DNA of 63,774 nucleotides, filler included, from Basidiobolus ranarum (lineage: Eukaryota): the NCBI GenBank assembly GCA_040143965.1. It is 21 parts of 21 records of this genome, joined end to end, with 100 filler letters (N's around TTAATTAATTAA, not from the genome) between each part and the next. Parts side by side here need not be neighbours in the genome. Positions count along the whole stretch, not along the records: positions 36,558 to 39,497 come from JASJQH010002847.1; positions 39,598 to 42,536 come from JASJQH010002848.1; positions 42,637 to 45,574 come from JASJQH010002849.1; positions 45,675 to 48,611 come from JASJQH010002850.1; positions 48,712 to 51,646 come from JASJQH010002851.1; 16 more parts are not named here. One strand, written 5' to 3'. Each line of letters begins with the position of its first letter. Within the stretch, counting starts at the first letter, position 1. Positions 36,678 through 49,997 of this stretch are shown here, one piece after another. The notes under the pieces are model-generated. The model had not been told where the DNA came from, did no database searches, and worked only from the letters and a program-made list of their open reading frames with translations. The translations under genes and the position numbers were made by a program.

Positions 36678-37466
36678 GCTTTCTGTTTCTGATAAATGTA
36701 TCATAACCAAAGTTAACTATGATGTTGAATGAAGATTAATTATCCAACAATACTTGAAATTTTCAAATAACCATAGTAGTATCAATGAAATAACATTTGA
36801 ACTTTTCAAAAAATGTATTGAAACAGCATGAATTCCAAAATGTAACTCTAGCTTTTTTCTTGGAGGGCTTTTTGTTGAGCTATGGAATATTCTAACATTG
36901 AAATGCTAACTTCTGTGCAAGTGAAACTGTGTAAAGATTCTTGAATTTGACAATGTTGTTGAAAAGTCAGATGTCTCTAAAAATGACAGCATTTGAATCA
37001 TGACTTTTTTGTACATAAAGGAGGACTTAGCAAATTGATAAAAGGCTTATCTGAGTAATATCTATAGTTTGTAAGATCTTCATTTATTTATCATAGTTAT
37101 TTTCACTCTCTGTATACTATCTATAAATAACCTCAAATTTCAGTCATCAAGATGATTGTTTAGAAATTGTATTCTTTCTCAAATATCAATATCTAAGTGG
37201 TCTGAAATTCCAAGATTCTCCTAATGACTATAGATAAGGAATATCATATGTTGGAAAATTGAGGAAAAAGAAGTTTGGTAAATACTTTTAGAAGTATGAT
37301 GAAATGAAGTATAAAATAGGCTAATAGTATTTATACACTTTATTGATTCAAGAGTTTTACTATAAGATTGCATTTTGCTAATAAATACTCTATATCCAAT
37401 TGACTTTTCATGAAGATTTGGGGTGTCAACAATGTTACCAATTTGGAGAAGTAATGAAGAGAAGCA

Positions 37467-39083
37467 TTAAGTTTCAAATAAAATATCCATTAAGGTAGTT
37501 CCAGTACCAATGACTAAGGCCAAAGTACCAAAAACAATCAATATAACTACCGAAATATCATAACTCCAAGTTCTTTGTAATGTGGGTGGTTGAATGGAAG
37601 TTAGAAGTGGAGTTACTTCATTAGAATTATTCACCAATTTAACATTCTCTTGAGTCCAAAATAAAGAAATATAGATAGCAGCCGGCATTAAATAGGCCAA
37701 TCCAGAGGAACAAAATGCACCAATTAATTCATAGGTTTTTCCCAAATTCGTAATGAGAACTGATGAAATCACACACAACATAAATAGACTTATGGTTGTA
37801 AAGAGATGTTCGTTACGTGTTGGTTGTTTCGATTCAGTTTCAAATCGGAATACAACATTCAGTGTGGATCGGGCTGGATAGAACTAGATTGGTTTGAGTA
37901 AGTGGTAATGGTAATGGTAATGATAATGGATGTGAAGGTGGATGAAAGGCTCTTACCATCATAGGAAATGTTAATATCATGGTAATTATCATACATAGTC
38001 TAGCGAAGTTGACATACGGATCACTGTAGGGAAAGCTCATAAATATGTTATCTCGTACTTGATCTCCAAACGAGACGTAACCAATGATTGCCAATGAAAG
38101 ATAGCATATAAGTGATCCGATAACTGCAAATCCAGTAGATTGTCCCCAACGCTTGGAGGTAGGCTTGGCCAAGCTAACATAGTTCATGAATGCAACCGGA
38201 GTGGCCACATAAGAGAAGCCCATAATACCTAAGAATCAGTTTTAGTAAGCTATCTATCACTAGACCAGTCTCTCGTATTTACCAATGGCGGGGAACACGT
38301 TATCTCCAAACCAATTGTACTCTGTGTGATGCTCTTCGGCATAGAGAGGAGCACGCATCGCAACAATAACGGCCATGATTGGTAAGCAAATCACCGAGAT
38401 AATAGATAGTTTGGCCAGTGGACTAGGGTTACGCCAGAAACATATCGGAAGTACAAACAGAAAGGAGACAACAATGATCATCCAGCTACGACTCTGAAGT
38501 ATCTGTACATCCGGAAAGTACATACGACTAAGTAAGGGCAAGGTATCTCCAATAACTAAACAATCACATTAATCACCCATGTATCAGGAACAGTTTAAAC
38601 CACCGTACTTACTCATAAGATAGGTGATGGCGCTTCCGAAACAATCCACCCAGTTAATGAAGTTCAACAGGTGAAAAGCAGATCTACCGAGAGAATGTTC
38701 GGCAAGCAGACTGTACTGGTAAATCTTGGCTTTTCTACCAGAATGCACGAGGATATTTAATGAGACGTGTGTAAGATAGGCGACAAAAGTGAGGACAAGG
38801 ATTCCAGTGAAGAAACCCGCCTCTTTTATCGCAAAGGGAAGTCCAAAGATACCCGACCCAATGATACAATTCAGTAGGTTGAAAGAAACTATATTTTGGA
38901 GACTGGTGAGTTATTAAGTTGGAATGCTAGTGTAGAACTCGGGTATTTACCTTCTGGCACCGACGAAGTACCCACATCTTCGGTCTCTGTCGCATGCAGT
39001 TCGGGTAGCTCATTAGACAATGAGCGAGAGTTTTTGGAAGTTTCCTTAGTTACAATTATCGTAGGATTAGCATTGCTGCTCAT
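37467..39083 (-). CDS. Amino acid transporter, Aa_trans/AAAP family (Avt2/SLC38-like), 5 exons
   Basis: The spliced product contains SFNLLNCIIGSGIFGLPFAIKEAG, IIGDTLP, GYVSFGD and ELIGAF. Four GT-AG introns lie at about 38890-38950, 38557-38612, 38229-38282 and 37885-37957. Confidence 0.9.
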
Positions 39084-39597
39084 TAGTAAATAGGAAGTTT
39101 CTTCCGAGGAAAGTAACTAAGTGCTGTTTTGGGCAATACTGATAGGAATATAAACCTCGATTTCCACTAAAAGAAAGTGATTTGTTGGTTAAGAATTTTT
39201 TAGTGTAAGTTAGATTCCACCCATCTTTGGTTAATAATGTATAACAGTGATGACTGTGTGACCGGAAAGTTCTCAGGCTTATCACAGTCTCGTTGTGTGT
39301 GTAAAGTTATACGTGATTTACAATGATCTGCTGTATATATATAGTATATTTATATGGATGAAATACTACGAAGAGTCATTTACAATACCTATAATCAAGA
39401 TTTACAATAATTCAACCTATAATCAAGATATTGATATCACCTTCAGTTCTTACATGTCAAGATTTGCACATCAAAAGTTTTCACCTGAACCCAATGCNNN
39501 NNNNNNNNNNNNNNNNNNNNNNNNNNNNNNNNNNNNNNNNNTTAATTAATTAANNNNNNNNNNNNNNNNNNNNNNNNNNNNNNNNNNNNNNNNNNNN

Positions 39598-41770
39598 GAT
39601 AAGAAGCAAGTGTTGTACGCGACTAACTACATCAAGGTAAGTAACCTCAGAACCATCGCCAGCTCTACTGCTATTACCACTATGGCTCACTTCCTGTGCC
39701 TAATTAGTGGAAAGTGGAAGGTCTCAGAGTCATGTTAACTAATCTATTTTTTTGTGTGCCACGTTGTACACTCTCACATGAATCAAATAGCAATGGCGTC
39801 ATTCCTATTATGCAAAGTACTGGGTATACGATATTGCAACGAAAAAGGTCACGCAGCTGACAAAGGATTCGGGTAAATCAGATATCTCCTATGCAACCTG
39901 GAGTCCCAGTGGTAGTCACCTCTCTTTTGTACGGAGTAACGATCTGTATGTCACAGACTTGAAGAAGGAGGTGCGAGTAACAAAGGATGGTACAGCTACA
40001 ATATTCAATGGTGTACCAGACTGGGTGTATGAAGAGGAAGTATTCAGCAACAATTATGCTCACTGGTGGTCACCTGGAAGCAAAGCAATTGCTTTTCTGC
40101 GATTGGACGAGACAACTGTGCCAGAGTTCCGTATGCCATTGAATCATCCAGGGAACATGAGTGATTCGTATCCAAGTGAAGTAGTCATCAAATACCCCAA
40201 AGCTGGCTATCCCAATCCTATTGTGTCGCTCCATATCCACCATCTCAACTCTGAAAGCGAACCTCTTGCAGTAAAATTCCCCAAGACAAATGGACTAAAT
40301 CCATCAGAGATGATCATTGGTGAAGTAAAATGGCTCACGAAGAAGAATGATTTCTTACTTGTTCGCGTGAGTAACAGAATTCAGAATAAACAATGGGTCT
40401 TCATTGTTGATGCTAAACTAGGCACGGCTAAGCTTACTCGTCATGAAGAGGCTACTGATGGTGGATGGCTAGATTGGCTCCAACCTGTAAGTTATATTCC
40501 TCCCAATAAAGCCACTGGAGTTCAAAAAGGTGGCTACATCGACATTGTGGAGCATAGTGGATATAAGCATCTCGCCCTATATACCCCAATCACCGCAAAG
40601 AAGCCAGTGTACCTCACTCGAGGACAGTGGGAGGTGAACAACATTCTCGGAGTGGATTCTGTCAGAGGAAATGTGTACTTCACCAGCACTGAGATTGATT
40701 CCACAGAGCCACATGTCTTCAGTGTGAATTTTGGTGGAAAGAAGAAGCAATTGTCGCCCAATACCAAAGGAGGAGCGTACAGTGCAACCTTCTCCAACAA
40801 CAAAGGATACTATATTCTGAAATTCCTCGGGCCACAGATTCCTTGGTCCAAACTCTACTCCATCGATGATCCCAAGTTTGAACGAGTTCTCGAAGATAAC
40901 GCTGGGCTACAGAAAATATTGGCTGGCTATGAGATCTCATCTCGCCGTTACAAGAAGATCACAGTTGGTGGTGTGGAGCTCAACACTATGGAGATCCTAC
41001 CTCCTGGGTTTAAAGAATCTGAGCGTAAGAAGTACAATGTGCTGTTCCATGTTTATGGTGGGCCAAATTCCAACTATGTCACGCGTAACTTCAGACTTGG
41101 GTTCGATGACTTCTTGACTGCGGCGCCTTGGTCAAACACCATCATTGTCAAGGTGGACGGGCGTGGAACAGCTTTCAAGGGTCGTAAGTTCCGCTCACCA
41201 GTGTGTCGCCGTCTAGGCCAGTACGAAACCATTGACCAAGTGAATGCCGGCAAGTACTGGAAGCAACTCCCATATGTCAACTCGACGAATGTTGCTATTT
41301 GGGGTTGGTCATATGGTGGCTACATGACTGGAAAGGTGTTGGAGGCGGACTCGCAAGTATTCAGTACTGGTATTTCTGTTGCTCCTGTCACTGACTGGAA
41401 ACTATACGACTCTGTGTACACTGAACGGTTCATGTCTACGCCACAGGACAATCCTGAAGGCTATGAAGCATCGAAGATTCGTAACATGACTGGATTCCAT
41501 CATGCCAATTATCTTCTGATCCATGGCACTGGTGATGATAATGTACACTTTCAGAACTCATTGAACCTCGTAGATACTCTAACCGCGGCCAAGGTTCACC
41601 GGTATCGATTCCAGGCGTTCACTGATTCAGATCATAGCATCAACATCCGAAACGCTACCGAGGGTATTTATTTCCGTATTGTAACTTACCTTGCCGATAA
41701 ATTCCATCTCTTCAAAACTGACGACATTGACGTCAAGATGGAAGAGGTTTTATATGGTATTAAACACTAG
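39598..41770 (+). CDS. Dipeptidyl aminopeptidase IV (peptidase S9B, Dap2/Ste13-like), 5'-partial; intron 39637-39790
   Basis: Motifs DWVYEEE, YPKAG, GWSYGG (Ser), HGTGDDNVH (Asp) and DSDH (His). Confidence 0.96.
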
Positions 41771-44179
41771 GGTAACATCAAATCTGAGCTATTTGCTAAA
41801 TATATGATTTTGTTGTAATTTCACTCTAAAAACGTTGTCTAATTGTAAGTAAATGCACCATTAGCGAAGTTCATTTACTATGGAAGATTTACTCTTCCAT
41901 AATATATTACTCCCTGCTCCATTCACGAACTTTTCAACCTCTGGTATCAATTTTGCATATTTATCGATCAATCAAATAAACACTTCCATCTGATTAATCT
42001 ATCAGCTGCGACATGTTGTGCATCCAAAAATTCTCCGACCGACTCATTTCAGGATATATTCTCCCGCAATTCAGGATGTGTATGTCAATAACTACAAATT
42101 GCATGCAAGTACATGCACCTCATTCTGTAAGCCTATATACTTAACTATGAAGATACTTGCAATCATGATGTCAATCCAAGCAAATTAGGTGGGGCCCAGC
42201 GTATGGAGTGGATGCCTTGGTAATCAAACCAAACAGGCCGGGTTTGGAAGTGGGACAGAACCCATATAGAAATTGGTAGTAGATTCTTATGAATGCAGCA
42301 ACCTAAATTGAACTCAAAAATACCCAGTATAGAATCCATCGCTTACTTAGCAACAATTGTCAGATGAGTCAGAATACGTAGCAGATACTCTAAGAATATT
42401 CCATCCCGATTTTGAAATGTTCCGTACCAGGATACAACTCTTCTCAGGTGGATTGACTAAGGCACATCTTTGGGTGGTTAGGTTTAGGCCCTCGAGCAAA
42501 TACCAACTCTCATCAGTAGGGATGTAGATGCTTAGANNNNNNNNNNNNNNNNNNNNNNNNNNNNNNNNNNNNNNNNNNNNTTAATTAATTAANNNNNNNN
42601 NNNNNNNNNNNNNNNNNNNNNNNNNNNNNNNNNNNNACTCTCCCTCTATTCAAGTCACCAATTTCCTAAGAAATTACTACAGTGAACAAGCAGTTGAACT
42701 TCATTCCCCACTAGACTTTGACATTCAACATCTGTGGGAAATAGCAACTGTATGGTAAGACACATAACTCTCTACGATTGAATAGAGAGGTTTATTCTAG
42801 TTTGTGGAGTTCACTTAATGGATCAATGAAATGATTTCTCACATTTCCATAGAGACAAAATATCACCACGAGTTAATAACCCAGCTCCAGTTGAAAGCTG
42901 GGGATAGATTACATTCAAAATAACCAGTTGCGCATAATACTGCTTTTTCAATTGAGTAAGAAATACTTCATAATGTAGCAAATCATATTAAAGGTTATTC
43001 TCTTGGCGTGGCCAGATATAAAATGTTACGTGTCACGGATATCACATTTATTAGTGGACTGGCGATACTTTAAGTACATATCTAACTTGAACTATTCACT
43101 GCAGCAATATACATTGAAATGAACTCCCCAGAATATGTCAACAGCTACAGGGAAAATGGAAGACAACGTGAAGAGCTCGAGACAAAAAGCGGAATCTTGG
43201 AGAGAGGAGCATTTTACTTCAAGAGATTTACTTGTTTCGGGGCCTGTTTTCGCCCTTAGATTTGTTTTGCTGGTTGTGGCTGAAGTTGCGTGTTGAGTCA
43301 AGCTCATTGACAGAGCTAGTTAATGGAGATGATGAATAGTGTCCTTTCTTTAAGGTTCCTTTTCTCGGACTGTATTTTATATAAAAGCTTCATATGTTTT
43401 GGAGGGTACTAGTGTCTTTCTATCCCTCGACCTACTTTCTCTTTTACACCCGCATCAATACACCTAGTGCAAGTGTAAATATCTTATCTATGTATTATAT
43501 GGAATTCAATCGTAACTATGAGCCCTGTGCAGCTGTATTTTATGCAATTCCTCCGGCTGGTAAGAAAGAAGAATAATTCAATGGTATGCTGAAAGGGTGG
43601 GATAGACTGCTTAGACCAAAATGAAAGAATACTCATGTGATTGTTAATAGTGACAAATATATACTATTTCTCCTTTCAGTCAATGTGGGGTGGATTATCT
43701 GTTTTTGTAACTGTCAGCCAACGTGGGATGGATTATCTGTTTTATTTAGACAGTCATCTCCTATCTCGCAATCAATATGTAACTGTTAGAATGAGAATGA
43801 AGCAAATGCTAGTTAGCAATAAAGCAACGAGTGAGTAGATATCTGAAGCTAACTTGGCCACCTTAGTGCATTTTATACTCTAGTTGATGATAAATCTGCT
43901 AATGAAATATTCAGATATGATAAGATTCCTAGACATACTTCCATACTTGAAAATATGATTATCTTTCTTTGAGTAAACAAAAATCTGATTATATTCTATA
44001 TTGGATTTTTATTTTATGAATGCCATTATTTCTCTAAGGTTATGTACAGATATGATTTGATTACGATTATGGTATCTGATTATCTGATCTGATGTTGCGC
44101 CAAGTTAGTACATGGGTTAGGGTCAGTGTAAAACTGGAATTGTTGTACAGTAGAGTGTTTATCTCTCTTGATATACCAT

Positions 44180-45574
44180 TCATATATATTTTGCGGCACG
44201 GAACCGTTTCAAATGAAGTGAGGAACAGATCACAGTCACTGAAGAAAGCACCATGGCTAAACCTGCTAGTTCAGGTGGGAAAGGTTGTAACCATAATGGG
44301 TAGAAGACACCAGCGGCTACTGGAATAGCCAAGAAATTGTAGAAGAAAGCCCAGGCAAAATTGTACCGAATTCTACGTAACACTTTTGCGGAGAGATCCA
44401 ACATAATAAGGAGTGATACGAGATTTGGAGTGTTGAGAATGATAGAGGCTGCTTCAATAGCAATATCAGTACCAGAAGAAGGTGAAATTCCAACGTCTGC
44501 TTGAGCGAGAGCTGGGGAATCATTGATACCATCACCAACCATGGCAACAACCGCGTTTCTATGGTTAGGCATTTCAGAACGCAACCAAGGGAAAAAGCGA
44601 CCCTTAAATGTACGAGAGGGATCAATTGACACTCCTTGCGCTTGTAGTGAAGCTACCTTAGATGCCTTCTCGTGAGGCACTACCTGAGCCATTACTCTTT
44701 CGGGTTTGATCCCAATTTCACGGGCAATCGCTGTGGCAGAAATACGGTGATCTCCAGTTAACATCCAAACCTGAATACCACGCTTTTCAAGTTCACGAAT
44801 GATCTCGGCGGTGTGTTGACGTGGACGATCAGCAACTCCAAGAGTAAGTACGATGAAACCATTAATGGCTACCTGAACAATTGAGGCACCAGTCTCTTGG
44901 AATGCCTCAATCTCACGATCTTCGGTTTGCTTATCTGTCACTGAAGTGGCATATTGACTACCAATGGATGTGATCCAACCGGGACTTCCGATTTGAACAG
45001 TAAGAGATGCAAACTGTACCTCAGCAGATTCTAAAGCCTCACCAGAGTAAATGAATTCGGGGAAGATTTTGGTTTCGGGATTATTGGATACATTGATTAT
45101 CGCTTCAATACCCTTACCAGGCACTTCCTGACAGGATTCCACCTCGAAAGGAATGATCGATGAGTAATTAGTAGCTAAATTGGAATTACCAGTGAGTTCT
45201 GAATCGGTGGTTTTCTTGTGATCAAAAGATGGGGAAATAACCTCAGTAGCATACTGTACTACCGCACGGGCAAGAGGATGCTCGGATCCATTTTCGAGTT
45301 TATGCACTAACTCCCATAAGAAACGTTCCGCGTCCGAGAGGATTAAGGTCTTCGTATCATCCTCTTTCTTTTCGGAATCAAAGTTAGCCACTTTAGAATC
45401 ATGGGTAATATGCTCACTACTCAAGTACATTCTGACTCCATTGACGATAGGCTTACCAATAGTCAAAGTTCCAGTCTTATCGAAGACAATAGCATCAAGT
45501 CTGTTGATCATTTCAAGAGCTAAACCTCCACCTTTGATCAATACACCATGTTTGGCGGCAACACCGGTTCCAAC
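44180..45574 (-). CDS. Copper-transporting P1B-type ATPase (Ccc2/ATP7-like), 5'-partial
   Basis: Motifs DKTGTLT, SEHPL, MLTGD and VGDGINDSPAL, plus TM motifs YN and MxxSS characteristic of Cu+ pumps. Confidence 0.96.
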   Translation of the reverse strand, partial: VGTGVAAKHGVLIKGGGLALEMINRLDAIVFDKTGTLTIGKPIVNGVRMYLSSEHITHDSKVANFDSEKKEDDTKTLILSDAERFLWELVHKLENGSEHPLARAVVQYATEVISPSFDHKKTTDSELTGNSNLATNYSSIIPFEVESCQEVPGKGIEAIINVSNNPETKIFPEFIYSGEALESAEVQFASLTVQIGSPGWITSIGSQYATSVTDKQTEDREIEAFQETGASIVQVAINGFIVLTLGVADRPRQHTAEIIRELEKRGIQVWMLTGDHRISATAIAREIGIKPERVMAQVVPHEKASKVASLQAQGVSIDPSRTFKGRFFPWLRSEMPNHRNAVVAMVGDGINDSPALAQADVGISPSSGTDIAIEAASIILNTPNLVSLLIMLDLSAKVLRRIRYNFAWAFFYNFLAIPVAAGVFYPLWLQPFPPELAGLAMVLSSVTVICSSLHLKRFRAAKYI

Positions 45575-45742
45575 NNNNNNNNNNNNNNNNNNNNNNNNNN
45601 NNNNNNNNNNNNNNNNNNTTAATTAATTAANNNNNNNNNNNNNNNNNNNNNNNNNNNNNNNNNNNNNNNNNNNNTGGAAGTTCCCAGATATATAGAATTT
45701 TTGAACGTGTACTAGAGGCCCGAAACTCTGCACACATATACC

Positions 45743-48445
45743 TGTTAAAGTATTTGGGAGTCTGTTGGAAGTGGTTTGGAGAATTAGAGGAATTGGTGGT
45801 TTTACTTATTGATTTATTGAGTGGAAAGTTGACATTTACAGTTTTGTCAGGATGTAAACAAACTAACATGTAGAATGTGTTAGGGAAGGTCCCAAGAACA
45901 TGTGTGCAAAGTTTGGGGCTTCTAGCACAAGCTTGAAAAATCTATATAACTGAGAACTTCTCAGTTGGTAATAATATATAAAGTAAACTCCAATTGAGAA
46001 TAATGAATAATATCTTAGTGAATTTTAAGATAACTAAGTACTAAGCTCTATTTGACTATATAGGTGCTTAGGCAATGCTAATTTCAACAGTCTGTAGGCC
46101 TTGGCTTGAGTACAATAACCCAGATATATGCATTTCTTACTTTTTAAATTAAATTTAGACCAATTTTTGATCATAATTTTGACATGAGCAATGAATCCAA
46201 AGATCCTCAAATGTTTAATATCAGGTTTAACTCTGAACCAAGCTTGATATGGTGTAGAGTTAGACAGACCTCTAGTAAAACTCCTATTCTTTAGATATAC
46301 AGCTGCAGCAACAGATTCTGCCTAAAAGTTTTGAGATACATTCTGTGCATTTGTCATAGATACTGCCATTTCTATTATAGTCCTGTTAGCTCTTTCAGCA
46401 ACTCCATTTTGCTGAGGTGAATAGGGGGCAGCAGTTTCTTGCTTGATTTCATGAGCTTTGCAAAAGTGCTTAAATAGTGTTGAAGTATACTTTCCACCAT
46501 TATCAGTACGTATTCTCATGATTTTAGTTCCAGTTTCAGTCTCCACAAGTGTTTGAAAGTCTCTAAAGATAGAGAGAGCCTCTTCTTCTCTCTCCATAAA
46601 GTAGACCCAAGTATATCTCATAAAATCATCAATAAATATGATTAAATATCTTTTTCCACCTATAGATAAATTTTGCAATGGTCCACACAAATCTGAATGA
46701 ATTAGATCCAGTTTTTTGACAGATTCGATTAAACCAGAGTTTTTAAATGATTTCCTGGCTTGCTTTCCACATATACAACCCTCACAAATTTCCATCTTGT
46801 TTGGGGGTTAATTTGAATTCCATAAATTAGGCAATTTTTGATCATTTTGCTCATATAGTCAAATCCAATATGGCCAAATCTTGTATGCCATAATTGAATA
46901 GCTTCTTGATTGGAATAACTTATATTTAAATATAAACCTCTTGGATTATATGTGAGTTTGTATAAGTTCTGATCCTTTTCTCCCAAAGCTCAATAATTTG
47001 CATTTTCATCAGTGATAGTGAATCCTGACTTATCAAAGTTGTATTTTAACCCTTCAGAGGTGGCCTTGCATACAGATATTAAATTCTTGGTAATATCTGG
47101 AACATGCAGTATATCCTTAAGAGTATATACTCTCTCTTCAGATCCACCAGTTAAATTGACTTGAATTGCTCTCATTCCAACAGCATCCAATGTGTGGTCA
47201 TCTCCCATGAAAACCTTGCTAATTAGGATTTCTTCATAATCCACAAAACAATGTTTTTCATTTGTGAAATATTGGGAAGCTCCAGAATCCATATACCATG
47301 TCTAAGAATCCATGTTGGTAGTCATAGATAGAGCTGATATGAACAAGTGCTGTTCTGTTGTAACCATACTTCCAGATTCAGTACATTTTTCTTCTTTTGC
47401 AATTCTTTCAAGGCAATCTTTGCTTAAATGTCCAGTTCTGTTGCAGCAATCACAGAATGCATTACTTCTCTTCTTAAAGTACTTTTGATCTTGATAGGAA
47501 GGTTTCCCATAGCCTATTAAGGCATTTTCTCCATTCTTTTGGTTCAATCCCAATTTGTGTAAATCTTCATTCAGATGTCTGCCAATTATATAATTTAAGG
47601 TCAAATTTTCAGTTCTTAATACTAGAGCCATTACTAGGCTCTAAAAGTCATGTGGCAGGCTACTCAGAATTGTAACTTTGATATCTTGATCAGTAGTAGA
47701 TATCCCAATGCATTGCATTTCATTCACTAAAATAGTGACTCTATTAATTAATGATTTAATGTCTTCTCCTGGCTCCATCTTTAAGATAAAGAATTGTCTT
47801 CTTAGAAACATCTTTTTGGTAGAAGAACTTGCTTGGTAGGTGTCTTCCAAGGGTTTCCATAACTTCTTAGCAGTATTAGCTCTTGAAAATTGAATCAGCA
47901 CTTTATCTTCAATATTAAGACATATTGTGTTAAAGGCACTTTTTTCTGTTTTAAGCTGAAGTAAAACTTTAGTTGCAGAAAATTTTCCATTGTTTTCTTC
48001 TCTTATAACAGTGTCCCAAATTTTTTTTTTGTGCAGCTGCTTTTCATTTTAATTTTCTAAGTTTGATAATTGATTGCATCCAATTTTTCAGAAGAGGCAA
48101 AAGTTCCATAAATTTGAGAAGTAGACATTACCGAGAGGGCAAGCTTGGGGCTCATAACCTGTTAAAGTATTTGGGAGCCTGTTGGAAGTGTTTTGGAGAA
48201 TTAGAGAAACTGTTGGTTTTACTTATTGACATATTGAGTTGAAAGTTGACATTTGTAGTTTTGTCTAGATTCAAACACACCAACATGTAGAGTGTGTTAA
48301 GGAAGGTCCCAGGAACATGTGTGCAAAATTTGAGGCTTCTAGCACAAGTTTGAAGAATCTATATATCCAAGAACTTGTAAGTTGGTGTCAATATTCTGAG
48401 TGAATTCCAATCAAGAATAATGGATAATATCTTAGTTCAATATAG
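45743..48445 (-). mobile_element. Decayed copia family-1 element: 5' LTR, PBS, gag, protease, integrase, then a full LTR-1 (45743-46089); no RT
   Basis: The gag ATG lies near 48128. Zinc knuckle CDCCNRTGHLSKDC, protease WYMDSGAS, integrase LWHTRFGH..CEGC, HSDLCGP, RTDNGG and QQNGVAER. Several in-frame stops and frameshifts. Confidence 0.95.
48148..48159 (-). promoter_or_regulatory. Primer-binding site GGTTATGAGCCC (tRNA-iMet anticodon-arm type)
   Basis: Directly follows the LTR end ...TACTTTAACA on the minus strand. Same type as the yeast Ty5 and Drosophila copia half-tRNA PBS. Confidence 0.85.
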
Positions 48446-48464
48446 GGTATAGATGTTCTGGTAA

Positions 48465-48611
48465 CCCTAACAGAAATTTGAGGATTGTTATCGTAGGAAA
48501 ACCATCACAATTTTAATCCATTTGGGATTGACCGTTTACTTACCGTCATAAAATCGTCAAGTTAGATTTGATTTTAATCAATTTTTTCAGTTTCAGGAGT
48601 GAAATTTCAAG
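48465..48611. repeat. Repeat family B terminus (inverted relative to the other copies)
   Basis: CCCTAACAGAAATTTGAGGATTG... is the reverse complement of about 16045-16190. Confidence 0.85.
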
Positions 48612-49997
48612 NNNNNNNNNNNNNNNNNNNNNNNNNNNNNNNNNNNNNNNNNNNNTTAATTAATTAANNNNNNNNNNNNNNNNNNNNNNNNNNNNNNNNN
48701 NNNNNNNNNNNGCCGAGTAAGCATAGGATTGGAAGAGACAGAACAAGGAATCTCATGGTAAACAATATTTGATGGTCTAGCTGTTTGCATCCATAGACTT
48801 TATATGTATCTCCATCTCAAACTCCAGGTTAACTGATTGGATTATTTGTCATGGTATAGTAAGTTACTGCTGACTAAACATCGAAAAGCCGGATGATTAC
48901 CTCGAAAAAGGAACATCAACGTATTCATAGTACATGGTTAGCAGAAAGAAAAGTTAACAGAAAGAAATGGAATATGTAATGTAAGCAGGTAAGGAGTCTA
49001 TACTAAGTAGTAATTTATGCTTGTTCCCAATAGAGAATATCAAAATAGGAAGTTACTCTTATTTGAAAGTGATCGAATCCACTAGCTACACAAAACCAGA
49101 AGTCTAGATTAGGTCAGTGCATGCAACTAGATACCAAACGCTTCTTTAGGAGCTAGGGTTAGGGGTTCGCAAAATGCCAATTTCATATGAAGTCAAGGGA
49201 TGAACATTCTTTATGATATCGTAAATGTAAATGAATGCATAAAAATTTAAAATAGACATTTGAACCCTCCCTTGCTGTAGCATATTTGAAGCTAACTAGC
49301 AGTTTTTATCGAGCCTCCATCAATATTCCACTCCATTGCCAAATGCCTCGTAGCAAAAATAGATCACTGATTTTCGAGGGGATAAACCTTTCGAGGGGAT
49401 AAACCTTTCGAGGGACTTGCTTACAAAATACTACGGGACACAAGTAAAACGAGTGGAATTTTTCGATCTGTTCTCATCTATCACTTCACAGCGATAATTC
49501 TATTTGTTACTTTTGGGTCAGAATCTCTATGGTTATAGCAATCATTCTTTCAAAACTACACACGATCACAAGTATTATGACTTTACTTCTGGATATATTC
49601 AAGAAGGAAACTTATTCCAAACCTAAGACCGATAATGAACTCAAATTAAAAACCTCACGAGAAACGAGCAAGTTCCGTATGAAAATGTTATCTCTCTATA
49701 GCGCATGACAATAATTGTATCGTTAAATCTAACTTTTATCGAATTCATTATCCAAGAATTTTGCAATTCCAGGTATGAATCGACTATATTGGCTAGCGTA
49801 AATTCCCGAGTACCAGTGCACAGTTTTCTGGGAGAATTTGAATAGTAGCAAGCAGTTGTAAATTGGCACATGGATGAAATCTGTCGGTTGTCAAAAGACC
49901 TTTTAAATGAATTGAAACTCATTTACTGGGTACAGAATAGACTTTTATTATTATTCAATAGAAAAAACAATATACTGTACAACTCAATAATTTAATC

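Noticed and set aside
49153-49166. TAGGGTTAGGG telomere-like motif (also TTAGGG at the end of repeat B)
   Set aside because: Only one or two units and internal, so not a telomeric tract.
49372-49414. Short direct repeats (TTTCGAGGGGATAAACC x2.5; similar microduplications near 3078, 5318, 22176 and 25131)
   Set aside because: Only 2-3 adjacent units with no spacers. These are ordinary slippage duplications, not CRISPR arrays.
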